Below the pieces are notes generated by a model, which was given only the letters and a program-made list of their open reading frames with translations, did not search any database and was not told the origin of the DNA. From Oscillospiraceae bacterium (lineage in GTDB: Bacteria; Bacillota; Clostridia; Oscillospirales; Ruminococcaceae): a stretch of DNA of 64,000 bases. Position numbers and translations under genes: made by a program. The stretch is taken from assembly GCA_045628085.1 (NCBI GenBank), contig JAZQOZ010000147.1, forward strand, positions 3,439-67,438, read 5' to 3'. Of the stretch, positions 19,348 to 28,195 are shown piece by piece (position 1 is the first letter of the stretch; each line of letters begins with the position of its first letter).

Positions 19348-20316
19348 TCATTCTGACCGTTTCAACAGTTTATTCACCATGTAATATAATTTCGGTGATG
19401 CACAATGCAGCCTGTCGGATATCCGGTAGATCAATCCTCTGCTGCGGTATCTCTCATAAAGCTGCGGATCCTTGCGGATCGCCTGAAAATCGTGGCTCAG
19501 CAGGGCATCCGTATAGCGGTGACGCAGAATGCGCTGATTGATGAGCTTCTCATATTTGCCGCCTGTGGTGCGGTTCATATTCTCAAGACCTTTTATCATC
19601 TGCTCATTCGTGCGCCTGCGCTGCTCATCACCCTGCATTCGCTGTGTCCACGAACCGGCTGCATGATAGCGGTACGTACACATCGAATCGGCGAGCATAT
19701 GGATCTTGCCGTTCATCGCAGCATGAACGGCAAACGGATAGTCACCGATCGGGAATCCCCAGTCCGGAAGCGTATCAACGCATTCCTTTCTGACGAAATC
19801 AGATACAAAGAGAAAGATTCTGCCGTTCTTTTCAAGGATCATTTCTTCAAGTGAAATATCCTTGTCATGATCGACAACGCCCTGCGATCCGATCTTGCCG
19901 GAAAGCTGATCGAGCCATTTTGACGAACAGCAGCAGAGCGAATAATCCGGATGCGATTCCATGAAATCATACTGCTTCTGGAGTTTCAGCGGATCCGTCC
20001 AGTAATCGTCGCCCTCACAGAACGCGAAATATTTTCCGCGTCCGTATTCCCGACAGACACCCCAGAAAAACTGCTTATTCTTCTGATACTGATTTTCCGT
20101 CCGCAGGATCGGGCGGATCAGATCAGGATATTTTTCTGCATATTCACGAATGATATCCGCAGTACCATCCGGAGAAGCATCATCATGAACAACGATCTCA
20201 AAACGAAAATTCGTTTTCTGTGAAACCAGTCCGTCCAGCATATCACGCACATAATTTTCCTGATTATATGTTGCGCAAATCACGCTGACTGCAATATTCT
20301 CATTCTGAGTATCCAT
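19348..20316 (-). CDS. family 2 glycosyltransferase
   Basis: VSVICATYNQENYVRDMLDGL...IVVHDDASPDGT. The start is set at the third ATG, 9 nt from GAGAAGG. Confidence 0.88.
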   Translation of the reverse strand: MDTQNENIAVSVICATYNQENYVRDMLDGLVSQKTNFRFEIVVHDDASPDGTADIIREYAEKYPDLIRPILRTENQYQKNKQFFWGVCREYGRGKYFAFCEGDDYWTDPLKLQKQYDFMESHPDYSLCCCSSKWLDQLSGKIGSQGVVDHDKDISLEEMILEKNGRIFLFVSDFVRKECVDTLPDWGFPIGDYPFAVHAAMNGKIHMLADSMCTYRYHAAGSWTQRMQGDEQRRRTNEQMIKGLENMNRTTGGKYEKLINQRILRHRYTDALLSHDFQAIRKDPQLYERYRSRGLIYRISDRLHCASPKLYYMVNKLLKRSE

Positions 20317-20334
20317 TCTCATCATCCTTCTCTG

Positions 20335-21555
20335 TTAAAATATACCGAATTGATACGGATATGTCTGGCTTGCATTTCTGTAAATATAGATATATCCCCA
20401 GTAAAGCAGGGCGAAAGCGATCACCGTAATCGTCACCAATATCCGCTTGTCGCGTTTCGGGCTTGCGCTGACCATCAAAGACAGCGTCAGCAGATTCAGC
20501 AAAGAGAAGCTGCCGGCGATTCGCTTTCCATAAGCCATCTGCGAACTGAGCTGCTGAAATGCCAGATCAGTGATCGTACACATCAGCCAGAAAGTCGCAC
20601 GCGGATTTTTCGCACGCATATCCTTCCAGAGCAGCAGCACGCCGCACAGTTCGATCAGGAGCATACCCGTCACGATGATTCCGGCAGAAGCCTCTCGGCT
20701 GTCCAGATAATAAGAATACTTATCATTCAGATAGCCCATGCTGATGAGGATCGACATTGCCGTTGTAAAGAGCATTTCTCCGACAAAAATACAGCCGCAA
20801 AGAACGATCTTCTTTGTAAAGGAAGCGTCCTGCATCGTCAGGCGCTCGATCGTTCCGGTCTTATCAGCAGCAGCGAGCCGCTGAATCAACTTCGACAGGC
20901 TCTTGTTTTTCACTCGGCGCTTTTTTTTCGGCTGCCAGTCATACAGAATAATATAGTAGCCCATCGGCAGGATCATCAAAATCGCTGAGGTATGGATCAG
21001 CATTGCGATCAGAACCGCAATCGAATAGCGGACATACCTTCGCTGCTCGATATCCGCAAAAAATGCGAACAGAATCGACATTGCGATATACTGCCGCATG
21101 ATATTCATGGAATGCGAGAAAAACAGCAGACAGAAAAACAGCGGCACAAATTCAAACCGGATATACTTCCGTTCTCGTACCGCTCCGATATAAACACAGG
21201 TCACTATGATCGTATGCGCCAAGAACAGGAAAACCCGATATTCTCCCGTGATCTTGGCAACCAGCCCGATCATCAGTGCAAACAGGATTTCCTTGTTGCC
21301 GTCGGCCAGATAATACCTCAAATACTCAGAAAGTGTGCCAAAATGTGTCGCACCTCTCCAATACACCAGAAAATTATAATAGTTCTTTACATCAATGCCG
21401 ATGCTGTAATCACGCAGACCTGCAAGCAGTATAAGCAGTATTATGCTGAGAAAGGAAAATACGTAAAAACCGGCTTTTCCATGTTTTCCGGAGCATTTAT
21501 CTGCGAGAAACGCAAAAAGAAAAGACGCTGAAAAGGTTGCCAAATATATGAGCAT
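20335..21555 (-). CDS. EpsG-family / Wzy-like repeat-unit polymerase
   Basis: 406 aa with about 10 or more hydrophobic segments. The EpsG-like N-terminus is LLAGLRDYSIGIDVKNYYNF. RBS AAGGAAG. Confidence 0.75.
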   Translation of the reverse strand: MLIYLATFSASFLFAFLADKCSGKHGKAGFYVFSFLSIILLILLAGLRDYSIGIDVKNYYNFLVYWRGATHFGTLSEYLRYYLADGNKEILFALMIGLVAKITGEYRVFLFLAHTIIVTCVYIGAVRERKYIRFEFVPLFFCLLFFSHSMNIMRQYIAMSILFAFFADIEQRRYVRYSIAVLIAMLIHTSAILMILPMGYYIILYDWQPKKKRRVKNKSLSKLIQRLAAADKTGTIERLTMQDASFTKKIVLCGCIFVGEMLFTTAMSILISMGYLNDKYSYYLDSREASAGIIVTGMLLIELCGVLLLWKDMRAKNPRATFWLMCTITDLAFQQLSSQMAYGKRIAGSFSLLNLLTLSLMVSASPKRDKRILVTITVIAFALLYWGYIYIYRNASQTYPYQFGIF

Positions 21556-21601
21556 GAATGATCTTCCTTGCTTTCTGGCTCACATAAACAGAGCCTTACT
21601 T

Positions 21602-22153
21602 TCACTTCTTTCCGCTGTCAGTTTTACTTTTCCTGTTTCGGAATGCTGACCACAATTCTTCATTGTTTTTCGGTTTGAATGCATCAGCATCCGGATAACG
21701 CTTGGACAGGAAATCATCAATACTGCAAATATACCTTGCCGGAACACCTGCATAAACGCCCTCTGCAATATCATGATTGACAAGCGAACAAGCGCCGATG
21801 ATCACATTCGGTCCGACAGACACATTCGGCAAAATCGTCGTATTTGCACCGACAAAGACGTTGTCTTTCAGTTCGATGCATCCCTTGAATTCCGGATACG
21901 GCGGCTGCGGTGCATACTTTGTATTCAGCATTTTATGGATTACATCATGCGTAACAAGTGTGACATTCGATGCGATCCGGACATTATTTCCGAAAGAGAT
22001 CAGCTTCGGACAAAGCGGTACTTTCCGGAACATCAGCAGACAATCATCGCCCATGTTCGCAAAGACATGATGTTTTTTACAATATGCCGCACGTTTTCCA
22101 GCCGTCCGAATCAGACAGAGTGCCAGCGTATGCCGTATCCGTGACCAATCCAT
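21602..22153 (-). CDS. hexapeptide-repeat (left-handed beta-helix) acetyltransferase
   Basis: VGANTTILPNVSVGPNVIIGACSLVNHDIAEGVYAGVPARY are hexapeptide repeats. 183 aa. Confidence 0.8.
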   Translation of the reverse strand: MDWSRIRHTLALCLIRTAGKRAAYCKKHHVFANMGDDCLLMFRKVPLCPKLISFGNNVRIASNVTLVTHDVIHKMLNTKYAPQPPYPEFKGCIELKDNVFVGANTTILPNVSVGPNVIIGACSLVNHDIAEGVYAGVPARYICSIDDFLSKRYPDADAFKPKNNEELWSAFRNRKSKTDSGKK

Positions 22154-22172
22154 TGATCCCTGTTCCTTTCAA

Positions 22173-23450
22173 TTATTCAAAGCAGCTCCGGATGATCTCG
22201 ATAATGATATCCTGCTGCTCCGCTGTCATTTTGTTATCACTCGGCAGGCAAAGACCGCGCTCGAAAATATCCGCACCGACATCTGTTGCCGCACCTTTAT
22301 CAATATATGCATTGGACTGTCCTCTGCCGTTGCCTTCTGCCGTAACAAAGCCGTTCATGCGATAGATCGGCTGCATATGCATCGGTTTCCAGATCGGTCT
22401 GCCCTCTGCATTGTACTGCATCAGCTTTTCAAGGATCTCGGTCGGGCAGGACTTGCCCTTCTCATGGATATAAAGCGGCTGATTTTCACCGCGTACCTGT
22501 CTGCACATCGCTTCACGGTCGATCAGCAGGCAGGAAAGCCAGTAATTCGGAACAGAAGTTTCCGCATCAAACGGATTCATTGTAACAGGCAGTCCCTTGA
22601 AGCCTTCACGATAGCGCTCATAGATCGCTTTTTTCTGTGCGATATGCTCATCCAGATAGGGCATCTGACCGCGCACAACACCTGCAATGATATTGCTCAT
22701 GCGGTAATTGTAGCCGATCTCCTCATGCTGATACCACGGTGCTGCCTCACGCGACTGCGTAGACCATTTGCGGATCTTGTCCGCATCGTCCTTGGAATCA
22801 GTCAGGAACATACCGCCGGATGAACCGGTGATGATCTTGTTGCCGTTGAAGCTGATCGCACCATAATCGCCGAATCCGCCGGTCTGCTTGCCCTTATAGG
22901 TCGCGCCGAAAGATTCTGCTGCATCCTCAACGATCAAAGCGCCGTGCCGATCGCAGATCTTCCGCAGCTCGTCGATCTTGCCCGGTGTGCCGTAGAGATG
23001 TGCGACCACAACCAGACGAACATCCGGATAGATCTCAAATGCTTTTTCCAACGCTTTCGGACACATATTCCATGTATCACGCTCTGTATCAATGAATACC
23101 GCTTCTCCGTCCTCGTAGGCGATCGGATTGACGGTCGCATCAAAGGTCATATCCGAAGCAAAGACTTTATGTCCCTGCAAGGTACCCTGATTCGGCTTCG
23201 CCTGCCCATACAGACGTTCACCGGCGAGTTTCACAGCAAGATGCAGCGCAGCCGTGCCGCAGGAAAGAGCAACTGCGTATTTCACGCCTGCATATTCCGC
23301 GACCATGCGCTCGACCTCATTGATATTCTCACCGGCTGTTGTGATCCAATTCTTTATAAAAGCGTCATTGACCCATTTCTGTTCGTCCCCATGCATGGTG
23401 GGCGAAGATAACCATACCTTACTTTCAAACGGCTTGATCATTCGTTCCAT
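22173..23450 (-). CDS. DegT/EpsN/PglE-like PLP-dependent sugar aminotransferase (long form)
   Basis: 425 aa with SSPTMHGDEQKWV...ALSCGTAALHLA...ISFNGNKIITGSSGGMF. It is the first gene after the operon promoter. Confidence 0.85.
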   Translation of the reverse strand: MERMIKPFESKVWLSSPTMHGDEQKWVNDAFIKNWITTAGENINEVERMVAEYAGVKYAVALSCGTAALHLAVKLAGERLYGQAKPNQGTLQGHKVFASDMTFDATVNPIAYEDGEAVFIDTERDTWNMCPKALEKAFEIYPDVRLVVVAHLYGTPGKIDELRKICDRHGALIVEDAAESFGATYKGKQTGGFGDYGAISFNGNKIITGSSGGMFLTDSKDDADKIRKWSTQSREAAPWYQHEEIGYNYRMSNIIAGVVRGQMPYLDEHIAQKKAIYERYREGFKGLPVTMNPFDAETSVPNYWLSCLLIDREAMCRQVRGENQPLYIHEKGKSCPTEILEKLMQYNAEGRPIWKPMHMQPIYRMNGFVTAEGNGRGQSNAYIDKGAATDVGADIFERGLCLPSDNKMTAEQQDIIIEIIRSCFE

Positions 23451-23546
23451 TCACCTGCTCTCAAATAATTGATGAAACACAACCGGCCGGAAGCCGAAAG
23501 CGTCCCAACACACCAACATTTTCCCACTACATTCTTGGCTGATTAT

Positions 23547-23575
23547 ATTATAGCACGAGTAATCTCGTTTGTCAA
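23547..23575 (-). promoter_or_regulatory. sigma-A type promoter of the minus-strand polysaccharide operon
   Basis: Reverse strand TTGACA-17 nt-TATAAT, about 95 nt upstream of ATG 23450. Confidence 0.6.
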
Positions 23576-23769
23576 TACCAAACAAAAAATTCAAGTCTCA
23601 TTTGTAGAAGAAGACCAATATTCAAATTTACTTTTAGTTATTTTTCCGTATTGATATTACATAACGTCTAGTTTTTGCATATTTGATGGTATCAGCCTGT
23701 CGTTTTCCGCGGCGGAGGATCCTGCTGATTTTGCGCGCAGAAGCGGCATATCATCCTATTTTTATAGTA

Positions 23770-23798
23770 TTGACAAATATAATCCGGCATGATATAAT
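23770..23798 (+). promoter_or_regulatory. sigma-A type promoter for galE
   Basis: TTGACA-17 nt-TATAAT, 60 nt upstream of ATG 23859. Confidence 0.6.
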
Positions 23799-23858
23799 AT
23801 GATATCGGATCCAATGTCCGGTTTATGTCATTACTGCATTTTTACTGAGGTGATAAAC

Positions 23859-24884
23859 ATGGCAGCAATCCTGCTTGCAGGCGGTGCGGGATATATCGGC
23901 TCCCATACTGCCGTTGAACTGCTGAATGCCGGCTATGAGGTGATCGCGGCAGATAATTTTGTCAACAGCACACCCGAAGCGATCAGCATAGTTGAAAGAA
24001 TTACCGGTAAGCAAGTGAAACTCTATGAAACGGATATCCGCGATACAGAAAAGCTTTCAGAGATCTTCTCTGAAAACCGGATCGACGCAGTCATTCATTT
24101 TGCCGGGCTGAAAGCAGTCGGTGAATCTGTCCAAAAGCCGCTGATGTATTACAGAAACAATCTCGATACCACGCTTTCCCTGCTGGAAACGATGCAGAAA
24201 GCAGATATCAAAAATATCATCTTTTCCTCCAGCGCAACTGTTTACGGTGAGCAGAATCCTGTTCCGTATACCGAAGATATGCAGCGCGGTGTCTGCTCAA
24301 ATCCCTACGGCTGGACAAAGGCGATGAGCGAACAGATCTTTGAGGATGCCGCCAAAGCAGATCCGGAACTTTCTGTCGTACTGCTGCGGTACTTCAACCC
24401 CATCGGTGCGCATCCGTCCGGAATGATCGGAGAAGATCCCCTCGGTATTCCGAATAACCTGATGCCGTTCATCACGCAGGTCGCCGTCGGAAAACGTGAA
24501 TGCCTGACGATCTTCGGAAAAGATTACCCGACAAAAGACGGCACCTGCACACGGGATTATATCCACGTTGTCGATCTTGCAAAAGGTCATGTAAAAGCTG
24601 TCGATTATGTGCTGAACCACAAAGGAACGGAGATCTTTAATCTCGGGACAGGTACGCCTTACAGCGTAACGGAGATCGTCCGGACCTTTGAACGGGTAAA
24701 CGGCGTGAGCGTACCCCATGTATACGGCAGCAGACGCGCAGGCGATCTGCCGGAATTCTTTGCAAATGCAGATAAAGCGAAAAAAACACTCGGCTGGGAA
24801 ACCGAAAAAACGCTTGAGGATATGTGCAGAGATGCATGGACATGGCAAAAGCAGAATCCGGACGGATACCGGAAACCGGAATAG
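23859..24884 (+). CDS. galE: UDP-glucose 4-epimerase
   Basis: MAAILLAGGAGYIGSHTAVELL...SSSATVYG...YGWTKAM. Start trimmed to the ATG preceded by GAGGTGA. Confidence 0.92.
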   Translation: MAAILLAGGAGYIGSHTAVELLNAGYEVIAADNFVNSTPEAISIVERITGKQVKLYETDIRDTEKLSEIFSENRIDAVIHFAGLKAVGESVQKPLMYYRNNLDTTLSLLETMQKADIKNIIFSSSATVYGEQNPVPYTEDMQRGVCSNPYGWTKAMSEQIFEDAAKADPELSVVLLRYFNPIGAHPSGMIGEDPLGIPNNLMPFITQVAVGKRECLTIFGKDYPTKDGTCTRDYIHVVDLAKGHVKAVDYVLNHKGTEIFNLGTGTPYSVTEIVRTFERVNGVSVPHVYGSRRAGDLPEFFANADKAKKTLGWETEKTLEDMCRDAWTWQKQNPDGYRKPE

Positions 24885-24950
24885 AATTTCAAGAAAAGGT
24901 CAGCGACCGTTGTGCCGGCTGACTTTTTTGATTGCAGAGGAGAAATATGT

Positions 24951-26054
24951 GTGGATATCACGGCTTATCGAAAAAATGCGGCAGATATGATCGCTCTGGT
25001 CCGCTGTGCTGTCAATGAAGAAAAACCGGATGCCAAACTGATCGAACAGCTTGATCTGCCGGCGCTGTTTGAGATCTGTCAGGCCCACATTCTGACCGCG
25101 TGTACCGCCTATGCATTGGAATCTGCCGGTATTCATGATGCAGCATTCACAGAAGAAAAAAACAAAGCGATCCGTAAAAATCTCATTCTGGATTCGGAAC
25201 GCGCCAAGATCCTGAACCGGCTGGAGCAGGAAAAGATCTGGTATATGCCGCTGAAAGGCGCTGTCATGAAAGACTGGTATCCGCGGCTTGGAATGCGGCA
25301 GATGTCGGATAATGATATTCTCTTTGACAGTTCCGCACGGAAGCGTGTCCGTGCAGTCATGGAAGAACTCGGCTTTTCCTGTGACGAATTCGGAAAGGGC
25401 AAAGATGACAGCTATAAAAAGCTGCCTGTCAGCAACTTTGAAATGCATAATTCCCTGTTTTCCGCTGTCCATCCGGACAAATTGCAGACATACTATGAAG
25501 ATGTCACGCCGCTGATGCAGCCGATCGAGGGAACTTCATACGGCAGATGCTTTGGGAATGAAGACTTCTATCTATATGTACTCGCGCATACATATAAACA
25601 TTATGTTTACGGCGGAACCGGTGTCCGTTCTTTGCTTGATATTGAGATCATTTTGCGGAAAATCGGCAGCAATCTTGATCGTACATATCTGGAACGTGAA
25701 CTGGATAAGCTCGGTCTGACGGAATTTGAGGAGCAGAACCGTCTGCTTGCCGCAAAGCTGTTCCGCGACGGCACAGAGCTGTCAGACTCCGAAAAAGAGA
25801 AACTCGATTATTATGTGACCTCCGGCGTATACGGCAGCAGCATACATTTGCAGGAGAACCGCATCCAACAGCAGAACGGCTCCCGTTTGCGTTACATCTT
25901 TCACCGTATTTTTCCGCCGATGGATCAGGTCAAGGTCACAGATCCGTTTTTCTACCGGCATAAGCTGCTCATGCCGATCCTTTGGATATGGCGGCCGATT
26001 CGCAGCTGGAAACTTGTATTTGCGGAATTGAAGCAACTGTTGAAGAAAAAATAG
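24951..26054 (+). CDS. uncharacterised nucleotidyltransferase family protein (NTP_transf_5-like)
   Basis: WYMPLKGAVMKDWYPRLGMRQMSDNDILFD resembles the KG...R..DxDxL core of that family. The probable start is GTG 24951, with AGAGGAGAA 6 nt upstream. The track ORF begins at GTG 24912. Confidence 0.6.
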   Translation: MDITAYRKNAADMIALVRCAVNEEKPDAKLIEQLDLPALFEICQAHILTACTAYALESAGIHDAAFTEEKNKAIRKNLILDSERAKILNRLEQEKIWYMPLKGAVMKDWYPRLGMRQMSDNDILFDSSARKRVRAVMEELGFSCDEFGKGKDDSYKKLPVSNFEMHNSLFSAVHPDKLQTYYEDVTPLMQPIEGTSYGRCFGNEDFYLYVLAHTYKHYVYGGTGVRSLLDIEIILRKIGSNLDRTYLERELDKLGLTEFEEQNRLLAAKLFRDGTELSDSEKEKLDYYVTSGVYGSSIHLQENRIQQQNGSRLRYIFHRIFPPMDQVKVTDPFFYRHKLLMPILWIWRPIRSWKLVFAELKQLLKKK

Positions 26055-26138
26055 ATTGATTGCGCTTCACACAAAAGATCCGCAGAGCATCCCTGCAAAG
26101 CAGAATTTGTCAAATGTGCGGATATCAACTGATATAAA

Positions 26139-26173
26139 AATACCGGCAGCAACGCAATGTTACTGCCGGTATT
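26139..26173. terminator. bidirectional terminator between convergent genes
   Basis: 11-bp stem AATACCGGCAG / CTGCCGGTATT, with an A-run before it and a T-rich tail after it. Confidence 0.6.
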
Positions 26174-26177
26174 ACTA

Positions 26178-26459
26178 TTACTTCTTTTCTATTTTCGCAA
26201 AGGGATTCTTCCACTTTGCATTGCCGTTAAAATACTGAAGCAGGAAACAGGCAAGCGTCGTGATCGTGGAAGCCTTGATAAGATAAACATAGTATGTTTT
26301 AGAAAGGAATGTGCAGATATTTGCAGCAGTGTCACCGCCAACACAGAAAGCTACAACAAAACCGAAAAATCCAAGTCCGCCGAGGAACAGGCAAAGTGCA
26401 AGTGCGATTCCGATACACCATTCCAGCACGGATGCAATTTTTTGACATACGTTTTTCAT
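26178..26459 (-). CDS. small hydrophobic protein (93 aa, 2-3 predicted TM segments), unknown function
   Basis: RBS AAGGGGG. It starts 12 nt downstream of the DctM-like gene. Hydrophobic stretches: IGIALALCLFLGGLGFFGFVVAFCV and ITTLACFLLQYF. Confidence 0.6.
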   Translation of the reverse strand: MKNVCQKIASVLEWCIGIALALCLFLGGLGFFGFVVAFCVGGDTAANICTFLSKTYYVYLIKASTITTLACFLLQYFNGNAKWKNPFAKIEKK

Positions 26460-26471
26460 ATCTGCACCCCC

Positions 26472-27869
26472 TTATGCGCCCAGAATCGGCAGCCAGCCAA
26501 GCAGCACGATGACTTCCATCAGATACTGCACTGCAACCCACCACAGGTCATTCTTGATCGTTTTGCCCGGATCAGATTCCGCAATGGACATACCGGCATA
26601 CATACCAAGTGCAAGCGGCGGTGTGATTCCGCACATAACGCCGCAGAAACACGGCAGCATTGCGGCAACAACGACCGGATCTGCGCCCTGTGTATAGAAC
26701 AGGCTGATAAACAATGTTCCGAAAATCGAAACCAGCGACGATCCCGGAATGACCATGCCCATAAAGCAGGTAATGAACGGGATGACAAATGCCAGTCCGA
26801 CACGTCCCATCTGAAGAGATTCAAGGTATGCACCAAGCTCGGTTGTTGCTTCGATCTCGGTAAAAAGTGCGCCGATCATGTAACCGAACAGACAGGTGCC
26901 GACAGTTGATGCGATACCGTTTGTGCTGCTGCTCAGCATCTTGATAATGTTCTTCGGGGTGACTGTTTTCTTATCCTTAAAGAGCATAACAATGATCGCA
27001 TAGATTGCAGCAATACCGGCAACAAAATACAGAAGTGCGCTGGAATAAGCCTTTGCGCCGTCCTTGCCCAGACGATCGACAAAAATCGCCATATCCGGAA
27101 AAGACGTTGCATTATTGAAGAAGAAGTCAATGATAAACGGAGCAAGAATAATCAGCGGAAGGAGAAGTCCCTGCCAGTTATTCTTAAAGGTATCCTTCAT
27201 GCTCGGGATCTTGGATCCTTCCATCGGTCTGATCTTGTAATATTTTACAAAGACAAAGACCGTGATCAGACGAGCAAGGATGAACCACAGGGAGCATCCC
27301 CAGCAGACCATCCAGAATGAACCGATCGACATGGTATCCTCTACACCCTGCGCAGCCCAGAATGCTGTTAATGCACCGAGTGCCGCAACGATATTCGAGG
27401 ACGGCGGGATCATGTTTCCGAGATAGCTTGCATTACTCTCAACATTCGCAGCAAGCTCAGGCGGATAACCGGATTCCTTCATTGCCTTGATCGTGATAAC
27501 GCCGGTAGACATGACATTACCGGGACCGGAACCGGACAATGCACCCATAAATCCGGACGCAACAACAGCAGCATAGCCTGCACCGCCCGGCAGTTTGCCA
27601 AGCAGAGCAAGAATAAAATTAACAGCGCCGTCAATGATCTTTGTCTTGGTCATGATCGCGGACATTCCGATAAATACGATCATCGAATAAAGCAAAGATG
27701 TTGACAAGCCCTTGTCAATGAAGCTGCCCAGAGAGCCCCATGTTCCGGATACTGCGACCAGTATCAGAAATGCAAGTCCCATTGACTCCCAGATCGGTCT
27801 TTTGAACAGCATGAACCAGATGCAGATCACAGCCAGCATGATCAAAAGATAAACAAGTGATATTGGCAT
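26472..27869 (-). CDS. TRAP-type transporter large permease (DctM family)
   Basis: GGAGYAAVVASGFMGALSGSGPGNVMSTGVITIKAMKESGYP...GNMIPPSSN matches the DctM consensus. Start trimmed to ATG 27869 (MPISLVY), with GGGGAAG 7 nt upstream. Confidence 0.8.
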   Translation of the reverse strand: MPISLVYLLIMLAVICIWFMLFKRPIWESMGLAFLILVAVSGTWGSLGSFIDKGLSTSLLYSMIVFIGMSAIMTKTKIIDGAVNFILALLGKLPGGAGYAAVVASGFMGALSGSGPGNVMSTGVITIKAMKESGYPPELAANVESNASYLGNMIPPSSNIVAALGALTAFWAAQGVEDTMSIGSFWMVCWGCSLWFILARLITVFVFVKYYKIRPMEGSKIPSMKDTFKNNWQGLLLPLIILAPFIIDFFFNNATSFPDMAIFVDRLGKDGAKAYSSALLYFVAGIAAIYAIIVMLFKDKKTVTPKNIIKMLSSSTNGIASTVGTCLFGYMIGALFTEIEATTELGAYLESLQMGRVGLAFVIPFITCFMGMVIPGSSLVSIFGTLFISLFYTQGADPVVVAAMLPCFCGVMCGITPPLALGMYAGMSIAESDPGKTIKNDLWWVAVQYLMEVIVLLGWLPILGA

Positions 27870-27927
27870 ATTTGACTTCCCCTTTTCAGTATTTATATTC
27901 ATCCGGACGCATCCGGAAAAATACAAC

Positions 27928-27952
27928 AGAAAAAATCAGCGGATCACCGCTG
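27928..27952 (-). terminator. terminator-like hairpin inside the 5' leader of the DctM-like gene (possible attenuator)
   Basis: Minus strand reads CAGCGG-TGAT-CCGCTG followed by ATTTTTTCTGTTGTATTTTT. It lies between promoter 28021-28049 and the RBS. Confidence 0.45.
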
Positions 27953-28020
27953 CGATCAATATAATATGTCAATCAGATATCATTTTGTATAGAAATGTAA
28001 ATAAGCACAGTAACATTACC

Positions 28021-28049
28021 ATTATATCACCGTATCATATAATTGTCAA
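28021..28049 (-). promoter_or_regulatory. sigma-A type promoter upstream of the DctM-like gene
   Basis: Reverse strand TTGACA-17 nt-TATAAT. Confidence 0.55.
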
Positions 28050-28121
28050 TAGGAAAATCAAATAAAATCTGCATATATTCTGAAAAGATCATAAACCCGC
28101 TATTTCATCAGATTCCCCTAT

Positions 28122-28150
28122 TGCATTCACTGCATCTATATGATATAATA
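28122..28150 (+). promoter_or_regulatory. sigma-A type promoter for the dockerin-peptidase gene
   Basis: TTGCAT-17 nt-TATAAT, 45 nt upstream of ATG 28196. Confidence 0.5.
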
Positions 28151-28195
28151 GATAATAGGTTCATTTCACCATACTTTCAGACGAGGTATATTACT

